From IMG/VR virus record IMGVR_UViG_3300038675_000685, positions 1-28,640 of that record: DNA of 28,640 bases; one strand, 5' to 3'. This DNA comes from a virus. Taxonomy: Duplodnaviria; Caudoviricetes. Under the pieces are notes generated by a model that did not search any database, was not told the origin of the DNA, and saw only the letters and a program-made list of their open reading frames with translations. Position numbers and translations under genes: made by a program. Positions 1 to 8,376 of this stretch are shown piece by piece (position 1 is the stretch's first letter; each line of letters opens with the position of its first letter).

Positions 1-35
1 TTGCTATTATTTGCCTTTAGAGTGATACATATAGT
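1..35 (+). promoter_or_regulatory. Putative promoter of the three-gene accessory unit
   Basis: TTGCTA...AGAGTGATACATATAGT upstream of SD AAGGAG; resembles a leader I recall before small accessory genes in Firmicutes prophages; sigma70 spacing imperfect. Confidence 0.35.
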
Positions 36-66
36 AACCAAAAAATTATAAGGAGACTATAGACTT

Positions 67-501
67 ATGAGTAAAGAACAAAGTTTAAAAACGTGGATCG
101 AATCATTTAACAAAGGTGAATTCGACTCAAAAGATTTACAAACACAAATCAAAGCTGGTTGGTATGATTGGTTTTGTAAAGATGAAAGCTTAGCAAACAA
201 AACTAAACGTATGGGAAACATCGTCAAACAATTTAAAGACGATGGAAAAGTTAATCTTGAGACAATGTATGTATGGTTCAAAAATAACTGTCCACTTGCT
301 GGACCTTTATATGATGACTTTAGAATTGCTGATATAGTATCTGGTGACACACTGTTCACTATTCAGATTAACTGTTTTAGAGAAGAGAAGCGATACACAG
401 TATACGGTAAGAAGAATGATTTTGATACTCCGCTTTTCAATACACATTCAATCAAAGAATTAGTGAGTTGGTTTAATGAAGGGTGGCAGGACAATGTTTA
501 A
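67..501 (+). CDS. Hypothetical phage/MGE protein
   Basis: SD AAGGAG; aromatic-rich motifs WYDWFC and WFKNNCP..GPLYDDFR; function not recognised. Confidence 0.8.
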   Translation: MSKEQSLKTWIESFNKGEFDSKDLQTQIKAGWYDWFCKDESLANKTKRMGNIVKQFKDDGKVNLETMYVWFKNNCPLAGPLYDDFRIADIVSGDTLFTIQINCFREEKRYTVYGKKNDFDTPLFNTHSIKELVSWFNEGWQDNV

Positions 502-871
502 AGAATTTAATGCACATCCTAAAGGTATCAAAACTACTGATTGTGTGGTAAGAGGTATCTCAACAGCAACTAACTCGGATTACTTAGAAGTGAGAAGAGA
601 GTTAAATAGAAAGAAAAAAGAACTTGGATTCTCAAGTTATAAAGATACACAGTTCTTATATGTATACTTGAAAGGTTATCCTAGACTGATATTTAAACCA
701 GTTAAGGGTGAACCAAGAATTAAAGGTAGTGATTTTACAAAACTATATCCTAAAGGAACTTATATTCTTAAAATGGCTGGTCATATAACAGCATGTATTG
801 ATGGAGTCATACTGGATACATGGGATTGTAGTTATCGTTCAGTTTATACAGCATGGGAGATCAAGAAATGA
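494..871 (+). CDS. Small protein with possible papain-like Cys-His-Asp triad
   Basis: DCVVR...HITACIDGVILDTWD; start moved to ATG 494, overlapping the upstream gene end. Confidence 0.6.
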   Translation: MFKEFNAHPKGIKTTDCVVRGISTATNSDYLEVRRELNRKKKELGFSSYKDTQFLYVYLKGYPRLIFKPVKGEPRIKGSDFTKLYPKGTYILKMAGHITACIDGVILDTWDCSYRSVYTAWEIKK

Positions 872-1167
872 AAACAACGTTTATAAGAAAGCCTGAAAAG
901 CACAATTTGATTCCTCAAGATGAGTTTGTCATTGAAAAAGAGATTGTTTTAGATAAAAAAGAATTTGAAAAGTTTCTGAATCATCCACTTGATAATTATG
1001 ATTTCATTAAAGATAATGTTGATTGTATGTATTGTGATGACAAAGGAATTTATCACTGCATTTATGTTACATCAAATGAAGACGATTTTGGAATCTTAAT
1101 CGAAAGTGAAGGGTATCACTATGCAAGGTTTGCAGCATACATTTCAAAATTACAACTTAGGAGCTAA
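868..1167 (+). CDS. DUF6329-like protein
   Basis: YDFI..N...M.....YHCI.V......GILIESEGY.YAR.AAY pattern; ATGA overlap at 868-871 gives the likely start. Confidence 0.65.
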   Translation: MKTTFIRKPEKHNLIPQDEFVIEKEIVLDKKEFEKFLNHPLDNYDFIKDNVDCMYCDDKGIYHCIYVTSNEDDFGILIESEGYHYARFAAYISKLQLRS

Positions 1168-1180
1168 CAGCTCCTTTTTT
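1159..1180 (+). terminator. Rho-independent terminator
   Basis: AGGAGCT-aac-AGCTCCT followed by a T run. Confidence 0.8.
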
Positions 1181-1206
1181 AGTGCTTATAGAGGAGGATT
1201 AAGTTA

Positions 1207-2337
1207 ATGCAAAGAATAACTAGTGAATCAGTCTTTAGTGGACATCCAGATAAGGTTTGTGATCAAATCAGTGATGCTATTTTAGATTCAATTCTAGAAC
1301 AAGATAAAGAAGCTAGGGTTGCAGTTGAAACAGCAATTAAGGATAATTTTGTATTTATATTTGGTGAGGTAACAACCACAGCGCTAGTCAATTACAAAGC
1401 AGTAGCAAAAACTGTTTTAAATGATATTGGCTATGATGATGAGTTTGTTGTTATGGAATTAATTAGTAGACAATCGCCAGATATTGCACAAGGTGTCAAT
1501 GAATCATCAAGTAAGGAACAAGGCGCAGGTGATCAAGGGATCATGTTTGGTTATGCATGTAATGAAACAGAAGAATTGATGCCACTACCTATTATGTTAG
1601 CTCATAAGATATCAAAAGGAATGGATAAAGCAAGAAAGGAAAAGTATGGTAACATCTTTGGACCTGATGGTAAATGTCAGGTGAGTGTTGATTACAAAGA
1701 TGGCAAACCATACAATATTCCAGTGATCGTTGTATCTACTCAAACAAAACCAGGAATTACTAGAGCTTTTTACGAAGATATTGTAAGAGCAATTGTATTT
1801 AACTCTATAGAACAAGAAGAACTTATACGAGATACAAGGCTTTTAATAAATCCAACTGGAGAGTTTATCATTGGTGGACCTAAAGCGGATTCTGGCTTAA
1901 CCGGTAGAAAGATAATTGTAGACACTTATGGTGGTTACTCAAGACATGGTGGTGGTGCCTTCTCAGGAAAGGACGTAAGCAAGGTTGATCGCAGTGCGGC
2001 TTACTATTCAAGATTTGTAGCAAAAGCCGTTGTAGCGGCAAATTTGGCGACACACTGCGAAGTTTGCTTGAGCTATGCAATTGGTGTTGCTGAGCCAACA
2101 AGTATATTAATTAATACCTTTGATACTGGAGTTACTGATGATAACGAAATCCAAAGTTTAGTAGAACATGTCTTTAATTTCAAACCAGGATCAATGAAGA
2201 AAGAACTTGATCTAAACAATGTTAAGTATAAAGAACTTGCAAAGTATGGCCACTTTGGTAGAGTTGACTTACCAGTGAAGTGGGAATATGTCGATGAGAT
2301 AGCCTGTAAATTAAAACGTCTTTATGAAGAAACCTAA
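1207..2337 (+). CDS. metK: S-adenosylmethionine synthetase (phage-encoded)
   Basis: GHPDK, GAGDQG, PDGKCQV, GGPKADSGLTGRKIIVDTYGG and HGGGAFSGKD motifs intact; SD GAGGAGG. Confidence 0.97.
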   Translation: MQRITSESVFSGHPDKVCDQISDAILDSILEQDKEARVAVETAIKDNFVFIFGEVTTTALVNYKAVAKTVLNDIGYDDEFVVMELISRQSPDIAQGVNESSSKEQGAGDQGIMFGYACNETEELMPLPIMLAHKISKGMDKARKEKYGNIFGPDGKCQVSVDYKDGKPYNIPVIVVSTQTKPGITRAFYEDIVRAIVFNSIEQEELIRDTRLLINPTGEFIIGGPKADSGLTGRKIIVDTYGGYSRHGGGAFSGKDVSKVDRSAAYYSRFVAKAVVAANLATHCEVCLSYAIGVAEPTSILINTFDTGVTDDNEIQSLVEHVFNFKPGSMKKELDLNNVKYKELAKYGHFGRVDLPVKWEYVDEIACKLKRLYEET

Positions 2338-2608
2338 GATACTGCACAATTTCTATAAGTCTGCAGCATGGCAAGTTGCAAGACAAATCAAATACCAGGA
2401 ACAAGATGGTAGATGTGAACGTTGCAAACGAGTGGGTGAAGAAGTGCATCATAGGATTAGACTAACTATAGATAATGTATCAGATACATCAGTCAGTTTA
2501 AACCAAGAGAACTTAGAGTTACTTTGCAAGGATTGTCATAATAAAGAACATAATAGATTTACTAAAGAAAAAGAATTTGATGATGAAGGGAACTTAATTC
2601 CTAGATAG
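2324..2608 (+). CDS. HNH endonuclease, terminase cofactor (HK97 gp74-like)
   Basis: CERC...EVHH...NLELLCKDCHNKEH; upstream of terS. Confidence 0.92.
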   Translation: MKKPKILHNFYKSAAWQVARQIKYQEQDGRCERCKRVGEEVHHRIRLTIDNVSDTSVSLNQENLELLCKDCHNKEHNRFTKEKEFDDEGNLIPR

Positions 2609-2610
2609 CC

Positions 2611-2639
2611 TCGAATAAGTTAATTAAATTTGGTATAAT
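2611..2639 (+). promoter_or_regulatory. Extended -10 promoter for the moron
   Basis: TGgTATAAT at 2631-2639; weak -35 TCGAAT 17 bp upstream. Confidence 0.65.
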
Positions 2640-2664
2640 TAAATAAAACGAGGTGTCAACTATA

Positions 2665-3750
2665 ATGAATAAAAGTCATATATTTGATGAAAACGAACTT
2701 GATACAATTTTTGATAATGAGGTAAATGAAAAGTTTAAAGATTCTGAGATTATTGATTTCGAAGGAGCTAAAGTCAATAAACAAACGTATCAGAATATTT
2801 TAATTAAAAAAATGGCAGAAGATGTATCTGATGAAATGATTAATGACACATTGAAGGACCTTAAGGAATCATCTGATTATTTTAACTACTTATTAACAAG
2901 AAAAAAAAGAAAGATTAGAAGCAATTTAAAGGATACAATAGGATTATTAAAATCTGTTTTACTAAAAAGCATTGAAATCGGGAAAGAACTTGTTAAAAAA
3001 AACAAATTGATAATTAAAGATAACATAGTTGATGTTCCTAATGAAGAAGCAACAAAATATCTACTAATTCGGATACATGAGCGAACTCAAGAAATTGTAG
3101 GAGAAATAATATGTCTTTTAGAAAATGGTTTCTCTATGGGAGCTCATGCGAGATGGAGAACTCTGAATGAATACATGGTATTAACTAATATATTTACTAA
3201 AGAGGATTCCCATGAACTTTCATACAAATATTTAAGACATGACGTTATTGGTTACAAAAAGTCGGCAGATGATTTATTTAAACATGCCAAGCATAAAGTG
3301 CCTGATTATGAAGATATAAATAAAGATTATGACGAATTAATCAGTAAGTATGGAGTTGAATATAGGAAAGATTATGGTTGGTATACACCAAACCCGAATA
3401 TAAATTTTATAGATTTAGCTATTAAGTATAATAGCCATGTACTTTTAGGCTATGCCAGAAAATCAAGTATGGCTAATCATGGTTCTTCTCAAGATTTAAT
3501 ATTTCAAAACTATAAGCAATATAAGGATTTAATAAATGAATATGAAATACTTGTACAAAATGTCATAATTAATCTTTGTACAATAAACCAAACAATTATG
3601 CTTTTTTTCATGAATAAAGAAAAGAAATATACTGTAGCATTTTTTATCTTTATGAATTATTTTGGAAAACTTCATGAAGTCATTGCAAAACTATTTTTTA
3701 CTGAAAGATATAAAATAGATAAAAGTAAGCCAAGGTATGATGATTTATGA
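2665..3750 (+). CDS. DUF5677-like helical protein (moron, possible HEPN-like fold)
   Basis: EIICLLENGFSMGAHARWRTLNE and late SSMANHG; AT-rich; SD GAGGTG favours ATG 2665. Confidence 0.65.
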   Translation: MNKSHIFDENELDTIFDNEVNEKFKDSEIIDFEGAKVNKQTYQNILIKKMAEDVSDEMINDTLKDLKESSDYFNYLLTRKKRKIRSNLKDTIGLLKSVLLKSIEIGKELVKKNKLIIKDNIVDVPNEEATKYLLIRIHERTQEIVGEIICLLENGFSMGAHARWRTLNEYMVLTNIFTKEDSHELSYKYLRHDVIGYKKSADDLFKHAKHKVPDYEDINKDYDELISKYGVEYRKDYGWYTPNPNINFIDLAIKYNSHVLLGYARKSSMANHGSSQDLIFQNYKQYKDLINEYEILVQNVIINLCTINQTIMLFFMNKEKKYTVAFFIFMNYFGKLHEVIAKLFFTERYKIDKSKPRYDDL

Positions 3751-3800
3751 CCCCCCCGAAGTTTACTTAGTTCCCAGTGAAGGGTACCGCGTAGGGGGAG
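3751..3800. other. Putative cos (cohesive end) region
   Basis: GC-rich island C7...AGGGTACCGCGTAGGGGG in AT-rich DNA between HNH and terS, the usual cos position in HK97-like phages. Confidence 0.6.
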
Positions 3801-3852
3801 CTCTAAGATACGCTAAGCAATTATTTTGAAAATCTAGAATTTAGGTGACTAT

Positions 3853-4848
3853 ATGGAAACAACCAATAAAAGTGTGATTTTACTAGATACAGATGCAATA
3901 AGCAATTATTTGAACGATAGTAACTCTCAGTTCACCAAAAAAATAAATGATTTTAAAAAGAGTGAAGGTTCAATGCTATTAGTTACATATTTAACCTGGT
4001 ATGAACTTTTTAAGTCACTCAAAAACGAAGGAATGATTGTAAAAAAATTGAAGTTGCTTGCATCAAAAACCGATGGATATATTTTGCATGATGATATTAA
4101 TCCTTCAATCGAAACTTATTTAGAACCAAGGGCTTGGCTAGAGCATGTTCCCTTTCCAACTAAAGATTTTCTTAAGTTCATAAAAAATCTAGAAGACACT
4201 GTAATGTCAAAAATAACACCGCATATTCTAGACTCGTTTTATGTTACCATTTATACACTACTCTTGTTTGATCATTTAGAGGATTATGAAAATAGCAATA
4301 AAGTAGAACAACTCAAACTTTATATACCAATTTTACAAACTTTGAGAAATGAGTTTGATCTTGCTGTTACAGAGATATTTAAGCAAAAAACGATTTCTAA
4401 AAATTGGTATATTGAAGCTCTTTATACCATTTACAATGAAGTTAGAAAGACTGATTCGGGGTATAACGAAAGTTTGACAGACTTTTCAAAACGAATAAGA
4501 AAATTCAAGCACACTGATTTGCTAATTAAGCTGCGTCAAATTAACAATGTGAGTAAATCAAAAGTAATATATGACTTGACTAATAAAGAAACACTATTCG
4601 ATGATATTTATGACCATTTTTATATACGTAAAGAAGATGATACTAATTTTCAAAAGTGTAAGAAGTTTATTTTTAAAAATAATCCCTTATATGGAGGGAA
4701 ATTTGAGTTAAACGATTATATCGATATGAGCAATTTTTTGTTATCAACAAAGACGCCTTCTGTGAAAATACATTATTATACAGATGATATTAAATGGCAA
4801 ATATTTATAAAATCTTTGAATGATGAATTGTTGCTAAATTTGGAGTAA
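3853..4848 (+). CDS. PIN-like domain protein with helical insertion (moron)
   Basis: ILLDTDAI, LTWYEL, NDYID and YYTDD follow the PIN acidic-residue order. Confidence 0.6.
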   Translation: METTNKSVILLDTDAISNYLNDSNSQFTKKINDFKKSEGSMLLVTYLTWYELFKSLKNEGMIVKKLKLLASKTDGYILHDDINPSIETYLEPRAWLEHVPFPTKDFLKFIKNLEDTVMSKITPHILDSFYVTIYTLLLFDHLEDYENSNKVEQLKLYIPILQTLRNEFDLAVTEIFKQKTISKNWYIEALYTIYNEVRKTDSGYNESLTDFSKRIRKFKHTDLLIKLRQINNVSKSKVIYDLTNKETLFDDIYDHFYIRKEDDTNFQKCKKFIFKNNPLYGGKFELNDYIDMSNFLLSTKTPSVKIHYYTDDIKWQIFIKSLNDELLLNLE

Positions 4849-4877
4849 AAGTATAAGTCAGATAATCTATTTTTATG

Positions 4878-4903
4878 AAAGTCATTAATAAATGACTTTT
4901 TTT
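4878..4903 (+). terminator. Rho-independent terminator closing the moron unit
   Basis: AAAGTCATT-aata-AATGACTTT plus T run, just before the terS SD GGAGG. Confidence 0.75.
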
Positions 4904-4917
4904 ATGGAGGTTTTAGT

Positions 4918-5250
4918 ATGACCAAAATAAGTGCTACTCAAATAGAATATGATAGGCTTAAATCACTATTCGTGACAGTTGATCCTACTAAATCAGAACT
5001 TGTAGATAACTTAATATATGAAGCTGCTTTTATGAAAGTGCAGTTAATGAATTTGAAAGATCAAATTAGAAAATATGGTGCAATTCAAATTTCTGCTAAA
5101 GGCGCTCAACGACAAACTGAAGCTGCAAAGTATTATACCAAACTAGTCAATTCATATGGAACAGTAATTAAAACACTTAACACAATTCTTGGTACACAAG
5201 TTAATGATGGAGATGATGCATTTGATGAATTTCTTAAGAGAGCAACCTAA
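4918..5250 (+). CDS. terS: Terminase small subunit (P27-like)
   Basis: 110-aa helical protein, TAATG-coupled to terL. Confidence 0.8.
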   Translation: MTKISATQIEYDRLKSLFVTVDPTKSELVDNLIYEAAFMKVQLMNLKDQIRKYGAIQISAKGAQRQTEAAKYYTKLVNSYGTVIKTLNTILGTQVNDGDDAFDEFLKRAT

Positions 5251-6893
5251 TGAACTATTTAGTTGAATACTTTAACGAGATTCAATCTGGCAACATTCTA
5301 GTTGGCGAAGAGTTATATAACCAGATCAATAGACTGATCAGCGATTTGAAGAATCCAAAGTATTTTTTTGATGAGCAACCTGGTAAGCTTCGAATTGATT
5401 TTATTGAAACTTTTTGTAAGCATACAAAGTCACCGTTTAATGGACAACCATTTATTCTTGAGCTTTGGGAAAAGGCAATTATTCAAACTGCTTACGGATT
5501 TAAAATGGCGGATACAGAATTAAGACGTTTCAATGAAGTTATCCTATTGATCGCACGTAAGAATGGTAAAACTACATTCATCGCTGGTTTAGATCTTGCT
5601 GAGTTCTTTTTATCAAGTGGTGGTGTTGATATTGTATGTGCTTCAAATACAACAGAACAAGCTAACATTCTTTTTGAAGAGATCAACAATATGAGAGAAC
5701 AATCTCCATCACTATCAAAAGATACCAGAAGTAGAAAGAACATCTTTTATATTTATTCACCGAAGACAAAGAACAAAATTAAAAAGTTATCTGCTCAATC
5801 AAGGAATAAAGATGGTTACAATATTGAAGTTGGTTGTATTGATGAAGTACATGAAATGACAGATTCTAAAGTATATGACGCTATCAAACAATCACAATCA
5901 ACTAAAAAAGAACCACTGATATTTATCATAACCACTGAAGGTACAACCATCGGTGGTTTTTTAGATCATAAACTTGATTATGCTAGGAAGATGATCAAAG
6001 GGGAAATTGATGATGAGAGAGTGCTTCCCTGGTTATACACGCAAGACTCTGTCAAAGAAATATATGATGATCAAAGAACATGGCAAAAATCAAATCCAAG
6101 TATAGGAGTAGTAAAAACATCATCTTATCTAGAAGATGTCATGAATAAATCTAAACATGATTTATCAACAAGAGTTACTATGCTTTGTAAAGATTTCAAT
6201 ATTAAACAAGCAGATTCTGGATCATGGCTATCATTTGATGATCTGAACAATGAAGAAAAATATAGTATAGATGACTTAAGAGATAGCTATGCTATTGGTG
6301 GCGTAGACTTATCATCGACAACCGATTTAACCGCAGCAGTTCTTATTATTCAAAAGAGAGACTCAAATAAGAAATATGTGGTTCCGCATTTCTTTATGCC
6401 TAGTGAAGTAGTTGAGAAAAGAAGTAAAGAAGATAACGTGCCCTATGATATTTGGGCTAAAAAGGGTTATGTAACTTTAACAGATGGAAATCAAAACGAT
6501 TTCAGTTTAGTTACTAAGTGGTTTATGAAGATGATTCAAACCTATGGCATTAGACCATTATGGGTTGGTTACGATCCATGGAACTCACAATACTGGATTA
6601 AAGAAATGGAAGACCTAGGATTTAATATGGAAAAAGTTAGACAAGGTATTTATTCTTTATCAGAACCCATGAAGCAAATGGAGGCCGATTTGAAGAACAA
6701 GCTAATTGTATATGATAACAACCCTATCTTAAAATGGTGTCTTGCAAATACTCAAGCTAAAGTCGATTTAAACGGAAATATACAACCATCAAAACTTAAT
6801 TCAAAATATAAAAGAATAGATGGAACAGTTGCTTTAATTATTGCCTATACAGTTTTAAACCGCTATAAAATCGATTTTGAAAACATGTTATAA
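5250..6893 (+). CDS. terL: Terminase large subunit
   Basis: Walker A ARKNGKT, Walker B GCIDEVHE, nuclease GGVDLS and KRIDG. Confidence 0.97.
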   Translation: MNYLVEYFNEIQSGNILVGEELYNQINRLISDLKNPKYFFDEQPGKLRIDFIETFCKHTKSPFNGQPFILELWEKAIIQTAYGFKMADTELRRFNEVILLIARKNGKTTFIAGLDLAEFFLSSGGVDIVCASNTTEQANILFEEINNMREQSPSLSKDTRSRKNIFYIYSPKTKNKIKKLSAQSRNKDGYNIEVGCIDEVHEMTDSKVYDAIKQSQSTKKEPLIFIITTEGTTIGGFLDHKLDYARKMIKGEIDDERVLPWLYTQDSVKEIYDDQRTWQKSNPSIGVVKTSSYLEDVMNKSKHDLSTRVTMLCKDFNIKQADSGSWLSFDDLNNEEKYSIDDLRDSYAIGGVDLSSTTDLTAAVLIIQKRDSNKKYVVPHFFMPSEVVEKRSKEDNVPYDIWAKKGYVTLTDGNQNDFSLVTKWFMKMIQTYGIRPLWVGYDPWNSQYWIKEMEDLGFNMEKVRQGIYSLSEPMKQMEADLKNKLIVYDNNPILKWCLANTQAKVDLNGNIQPSKLNSKYKRIDGTVALIIAYTVLNRYKIDFENML

Positions 6894-6894
6894 T
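6886..6894 (+). promoter_or_regulatory. Extended -10 element overlapping the terL stop
   Basis: TGtTATAAT; SD GGTGGTGA at 6901-6908. Confidence 0.5.
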
Positions 6895-6912
6895 AATACG
6901 GGTGGTGAGTAT

Positions 6913-8367
6913 ATGGATTTATCAAAACACACTTATAGAAAAATAGAAAAAGAAGTTTCAAAATTAAGTGTAAAAAGTAGATTAAAAATAGTTGAAAGGT
7001 TATCTAAAGATAGATTAGGAGCCTTTGGTCCTATAATTTTTCCTGAAGACGGTGAGCAATTCGAGTTTCATACTTATGAAATTGGTGTTGTTGCAATGTT
7101 CTCTTTAATAGTTGATAAATATAATATATCCATCACTAATGAGGAAACATGGTTAAGAAAAACCATAGGAATAATTAAAAAACAAGACTATCTTACTGAA
7201 ATAGGCGACAATAATCCTAGAGATTTAGTAACTGCATTAGCATACATGCAGGCATATTTAAAACAGTACATTATGTTAATATATAGATCTAAGTTCTTAT
7301 ACAATTATCAGTCTGATGATTTAGATTTGAAGCGTATATTTTTTGATACATATAAAACTGATTATGATGAATTTTTATTGTTATATTCATGCATTTTTGC
7401 TTATTCAAAAATGGATTCAAAAAATAAATTATTACAAGTATTAGAAAAGTACACACCACAGGCTTTAAGCAACTTAACAATATCTTATGATGAATTCAAA
7501 TCATTATATGAACCTACGTATAAACTAACTGATTTAACTTTTATTAACTTCAATTTTTTGCTTAGATATCCGTTTATATATTATGAAAATGAATTATTTA
7601 TTCCCTTCTGGCCATCTGTGACATATGCTATTACAGAATCTTTAATGTTTGATATAACTAAGAAAGATGAGGGGTTAAAAGCCAAAATTGGGAAATTTGC
7701 ATTTGAAGATTATATATATCATATAACTAAAACAACGATGGCAAACAGTAACTTAGTGATACTAAAAGAAATTGTGTATAACAAAGAACACAAGAGAACT
7801 TCTGATGTAATGGTTGTAGACAACAATAATGTTTTGTTAGTTGAAGCGAAATTCATGAATTACAGGCTTTCATTACGTAGCTTTGATATAAAGTCAATTA
7901 ATTACACTGAAGAAAGAATGGTGGATGCTTTATTACAAGTATTTAAAAATATTAAATCTATAAGACAACATGAAATTCAGCATAATAACTTACCTAGTGA
8001 AATTGATAATATTTTAGGTGTAATTGTGATTCTAGACGATTATTACTTGGATGTTGAGTCAATTTACAATAAAGCAATAATGAAAATTAATGAGGCTAAT
8101 TTTGAATTAAATATAGATGATTTAAAACAAATGATCTGTTTTACACCACTTTACGAATATGAAAGAGTACAGTATTATTCAGATATTAATGTAGTTGATT
8201 TTTATAAGGACGTTCTGCAAAACAAGAAAGAATATAATTTTTGGCAATATAGTTTTGATCATAAGACATCAACAGGTGAGATAAACATGAAACATGTAAA
8301 TAATGTTTATAGACATTTTTTTGATGATGCCCTAAAAATATTAAAAACTGAAGAAAATATTAATTAA
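6913..8367 (+). CDS. Helical N-terminus plus PD-(D/E)XK (NERD-like) nuclease (moron)
   Basis: GKFAFEDY...SDVMVVDNNNVLLVEAK...DALLQ; AT-rich; SD supports ATG 6913 over TTG 6877. Confidence 0.7.
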   Translation: MDLSKHTYRKIEKEVSKLSVKSRLKIVERLSKDRLGAFGPIIFPEDGEQFEFHTYEIGVVAMFSLIVDKYNISITNEETWLRKTIGIIKKQDYLTEIGDNNPRDLVTALAYMQAYLKQYIMLIYRSKFLYNYQSDDLDLKRIFFDTYKTDYDEFLLLYSCIFAYSKMDSKNKLLQVLEKYTPQALSNLTISYDEFKSLYEPTYKLTDLTFINFNFLLRYPFIYYENELFIPFWPSVTYAITESLMFDITKKDEGLKAKIGKFAFEDYIYHITKTTMANSNLVILKEIVYNKEHKRTSDVMVVDNNNVLLVEAKFMNYRLSLRSFDIKSINYTEERMVDALLQVFKNIKSIRQHEIQHNNLPSEIDNILGVIVILDDYYLDVESIYNKAIMKINEANFELNIDDLKQMICFTPLYEYERVQYYSDINVVDFYKDVLQNKKEYNFWQYSFDHKTSTGEINMKHVNNVYRHFFDDALKILKTEENIN

Positions 8368-8376
8368 GGAGTTATC

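Noticed and set aside
1207-2337. metK as a host gene marking the left prophage boundary
   Set aside because: It overlaps the HNH gene and is preceded by phage-type accessory genes
2324-2608. HNH as a homing endonuclease or defence nuclease
   Set aside because: Size, motifs and position fit the gp74-like packaging cofactor
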